DNA from: Oscillospiraceae bacterium
Lineage (GTDB): Bacteria; Bacillota; Clostridia; Oscillospirales; CAG-382
DNA length: 64,000 nucleotides
Reading direction: 5' to 3'
Assembly (NCBI GenBank): GCA_015064625.1
Contig: SVRW01000008.1
Location: 87-64,086, forward strand
Shown one piece after another: positions 62,494 through 64,000 of this stretch; within the stretch, counting starts at the first letter, position 1, and each line of letters starts with the position of its first letter. The notes under the pieces are model-generated. The model was not told where the DNA came from and made no database searches. It saw only the letters and a list, made by a program, of their open reading frames with translations. The position numbers and the translations under genes are program-made.

Positions 62494-64000
62494 ATGACCA
62501 TACCGAATAAAACCTCTTATTATTTCCGCGACGTATATACAGGTAATTTCTTTCAGGAATGGGAAAAGGAATATGAATTAGGTGAGGATTTCCCGGATTT
62601 TTCAAGACTTATACGAATCGATTCATCACCGAAAATTAAAGATTCATCTCAAAATGGAAGTATTGTAACTGTGGTTGGTTCTAACAATTTCAATATTTTA
62701 TATCATTCCTCAGAAGATGAAAAAATTCATTCCGTTCAAATTTCTGAACTGTTCACTTCAGATGATAACATAAAAATACAATCTGAAAACCCAATTATAA
62801 ACGCAAGTATCTTCTGTACATTTGTTAGCTGCAAAATCATTTCACAAAGAAAATTTTATATTAAAGCCAAAAATAAAATTACTCTTGATATTAAAGAAAA
62901 CTCTTATCTAAATACTCCAGACATGGATATGAGGAATAACATTCTTTATTTTAAATCGGAAGACGTTCCTATGCAGACTTTTCTCCCTCCTATAATTAAA
63001 ACATTTGACTTCGAGGAAGAATTAAATGTTGATGGCTCATATCCGCCTGTAGAGAACATAGTATTTTCTAATGTAAGACTTATCCCTCTTGATCTGCTTA
63101 AAAATGACGGTTCTGTTATACTTAATGCCTCAGCTATCTTCAAAGTGTTCTATGAAAGTCAAAATGGTTACGTTATGTTTTCACGATCTGTTCCTATTTC
63201 TCTTTCTGTTGAAAATGAAGATATTGATGAAAATACTCTTATATATTATTTTCTTTCCGTTGAAAACCAGTCAGCAACACCTGTAATGGATAAATACGGT
63301 GAAGAAAGAATTATAAGATTTTCGTATAGTCCATCAATTGTACTATTCAGAATCAGAGAATCAATTAAAAATCTTCCTACAGACGTGTTTTCTCCTACAC
63401 ATTTATTAGAATGCAAATCAGAAGTTCTAAAAACATCAGAATTGACAGGGATTACAACAAGGTCGTTTACTGTAGAAAAAGTGTTCGAAATACCCGAGGC
63501 TGATTTTTCCGAAATCTATGATTCTTCATCAGTAATGGAAATAGAAGAAGCTAAACAAACAGAACAAGGATATTTCATTGAAGGTATATGTGGTATTTCT
63601 GTATTGGGAATGACGGAAAAAGGAATAGACTGCGTAAGCTTTACAGTTAATTTTAGCCAGACGTTTCCCGAACTTTCAAATGATAGCAATTACACTTCCA
63701 CAGTTTCTCCAATTCAAACTACAGCTATGATATCAGGCAGAAATACATTAACTGTAAGAGTTAACGCAAATATTACCGTAAGAAAATATATTGATAAAAC
63801 GCATACTGTTCTTTCTTCATTTTCAGAGCTAAAAAAGAGAGAAACAAGAGATAAAAATCTCATAACCATTTATTATCCGTCAGCATCAGAACACCTTTGG
63901 GATATCTCTAAAGAATATGGAGTTGATCCCGAAGAGATAATTAAAGAAAACAAATCTTCTTTTATAAATGGTGATGTTTTGAATGAATCTGTAAAAACAA
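62494..64000 (+). CDS. DUF3794-repeat + LysM protein, SipL/SpoVID-like; 3'-partial (runs off window)
   Basis: Not in the ORF track. My manual translation from the ATG at 62494 stays open to 64000 (502 codons). FPDFSRLIRIDSSPKIKDSSQNGSIVTVVGSNNFNILYHS fits the DUF3794 pattern. The end ITIYYPSASEHLWDISKEYGVDPEEIIKENK is LysM-like. Confidence 0.55.
   Translation, partial: MTIPNKTSYYFRDVYTGNFFQEWEKEYELGEDFPDFSRLIRIDSSPKIKDSSQNGSIVTVVGSNNFNILYHSSEDEKIHSVQISELFTSDDNIKIQSENPIINASIFCTFVSCKIISQRKFYIKAKNKITLDIKENSYLNTPDMDMRNNILYFKSEDVPMQTFLPPIIKTFDFEEELNVDGSYPPVENIVFSNVRLIPLDLLKNDGSVILNASAIFKVFYESQNGYVMFSRSVPISLSVENEDIDENTLIYYFLSVENQSATPVMDKYGEERIIRFSYSPSIVLFRIRESIKNLPTDVFSPTHLLECKSEVLKTSELTGITTRSFTVEKVFEIPEADFSEIYDSSSVMEIEEAKQTEQGYFIEGICGISVLGMTEKGIDCVSFTVNFSQTFPELSNDSNYTSTVSPIQTTAMISGRNTLTVRVNANITVRKYIDKTHTVLSSFSELKKRETRDKNLITIYYPSASEHLWDISKEYGVDPEEIIKENKSSFINGDVLNESVKT

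Noticed and set aside
1-64000. Looked for tRNA/rRNA genes, transposases, integrases, phage genes, toxin-antitoxin pairs, restriction-modification and other defence systems
   Set aside because: I found no ORF with the corresponding motifs and no tRNA-like T-arm (GGTTCGAATCC-type) strings in the intergenic regions. I cannot run tRNAscan-SE, Infernal or DefenseFinder, so absence is only by eye.

Overview
64-kb chromosomal window from a low-GC, spore-forming Firmicute of class Clostridia. The dockerin/cohesin-type surface proteins suggest an Oscillospiraceae/Ruminococcus-like anaerobe, but that is inference only. All family calls come from reading the translated ORFs and motifs; no searches were run.

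Core backbone:
- A minus-strand rpoB-rpoC-rpsL-rpsG-fusA-tuf block (21.3 to 9.2 kb).
- efp, serA-serC, asd, rpmE, mscL, pepV and a DivIVA-like gene.
- The spoIIAA-spoIIAB-sigF operon.
- A CopA-type and a Ca-type P-type ATPase.
- An Na/alanine symporter and an OmpR/histidine-kinase pair.

Accessory content:
- Two adjacent secreted enzymes with N-terminal dockerins and 2 and 3 tandem GH43 modules, plus a third, cytoplasmic single-module GH43.
- Two BspA-type LRR proteins with C-terminal dockerins, and a membrane-anchored cohesin-like protein.
- An internalin-type LRR protein, a Cthe_2159-like beta-helix lipoprotein and a GHL10 lipoprotein.
- A Wzz/BY-kinase/PHP-phosphatase trio with no polysaccharide genes beside it.
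- A two-gene SufC/SufB-like pair.
- A 9%-cysteine orphan protein.
- A DUF3794+LysM (SipL-like) ORF that runs off the 3' end and is missing from the ORF track.

I saw no rRNA, tRNA, CRISPR, transposase, integrase or recognisable defence genes.

Most notable non-coding signal: a four-copy interspersed palindromic repeat family with AGGCAAG-type heptamer arms around an AT-rich hairpin core, always in 3' gene flanks. One copy carries three parallel heptamer arrays. Another abuts a strict 22-nt GTGAAG periodicity.

Most notable coding signals:
- The cohesin-dockerin set, whose cargo includes non-enzymatic LRR proteins.
- A probably catalytically dead GH43 module.
- A BY-kinase tyrosine tail encoded by perfect 9-bp repeats.
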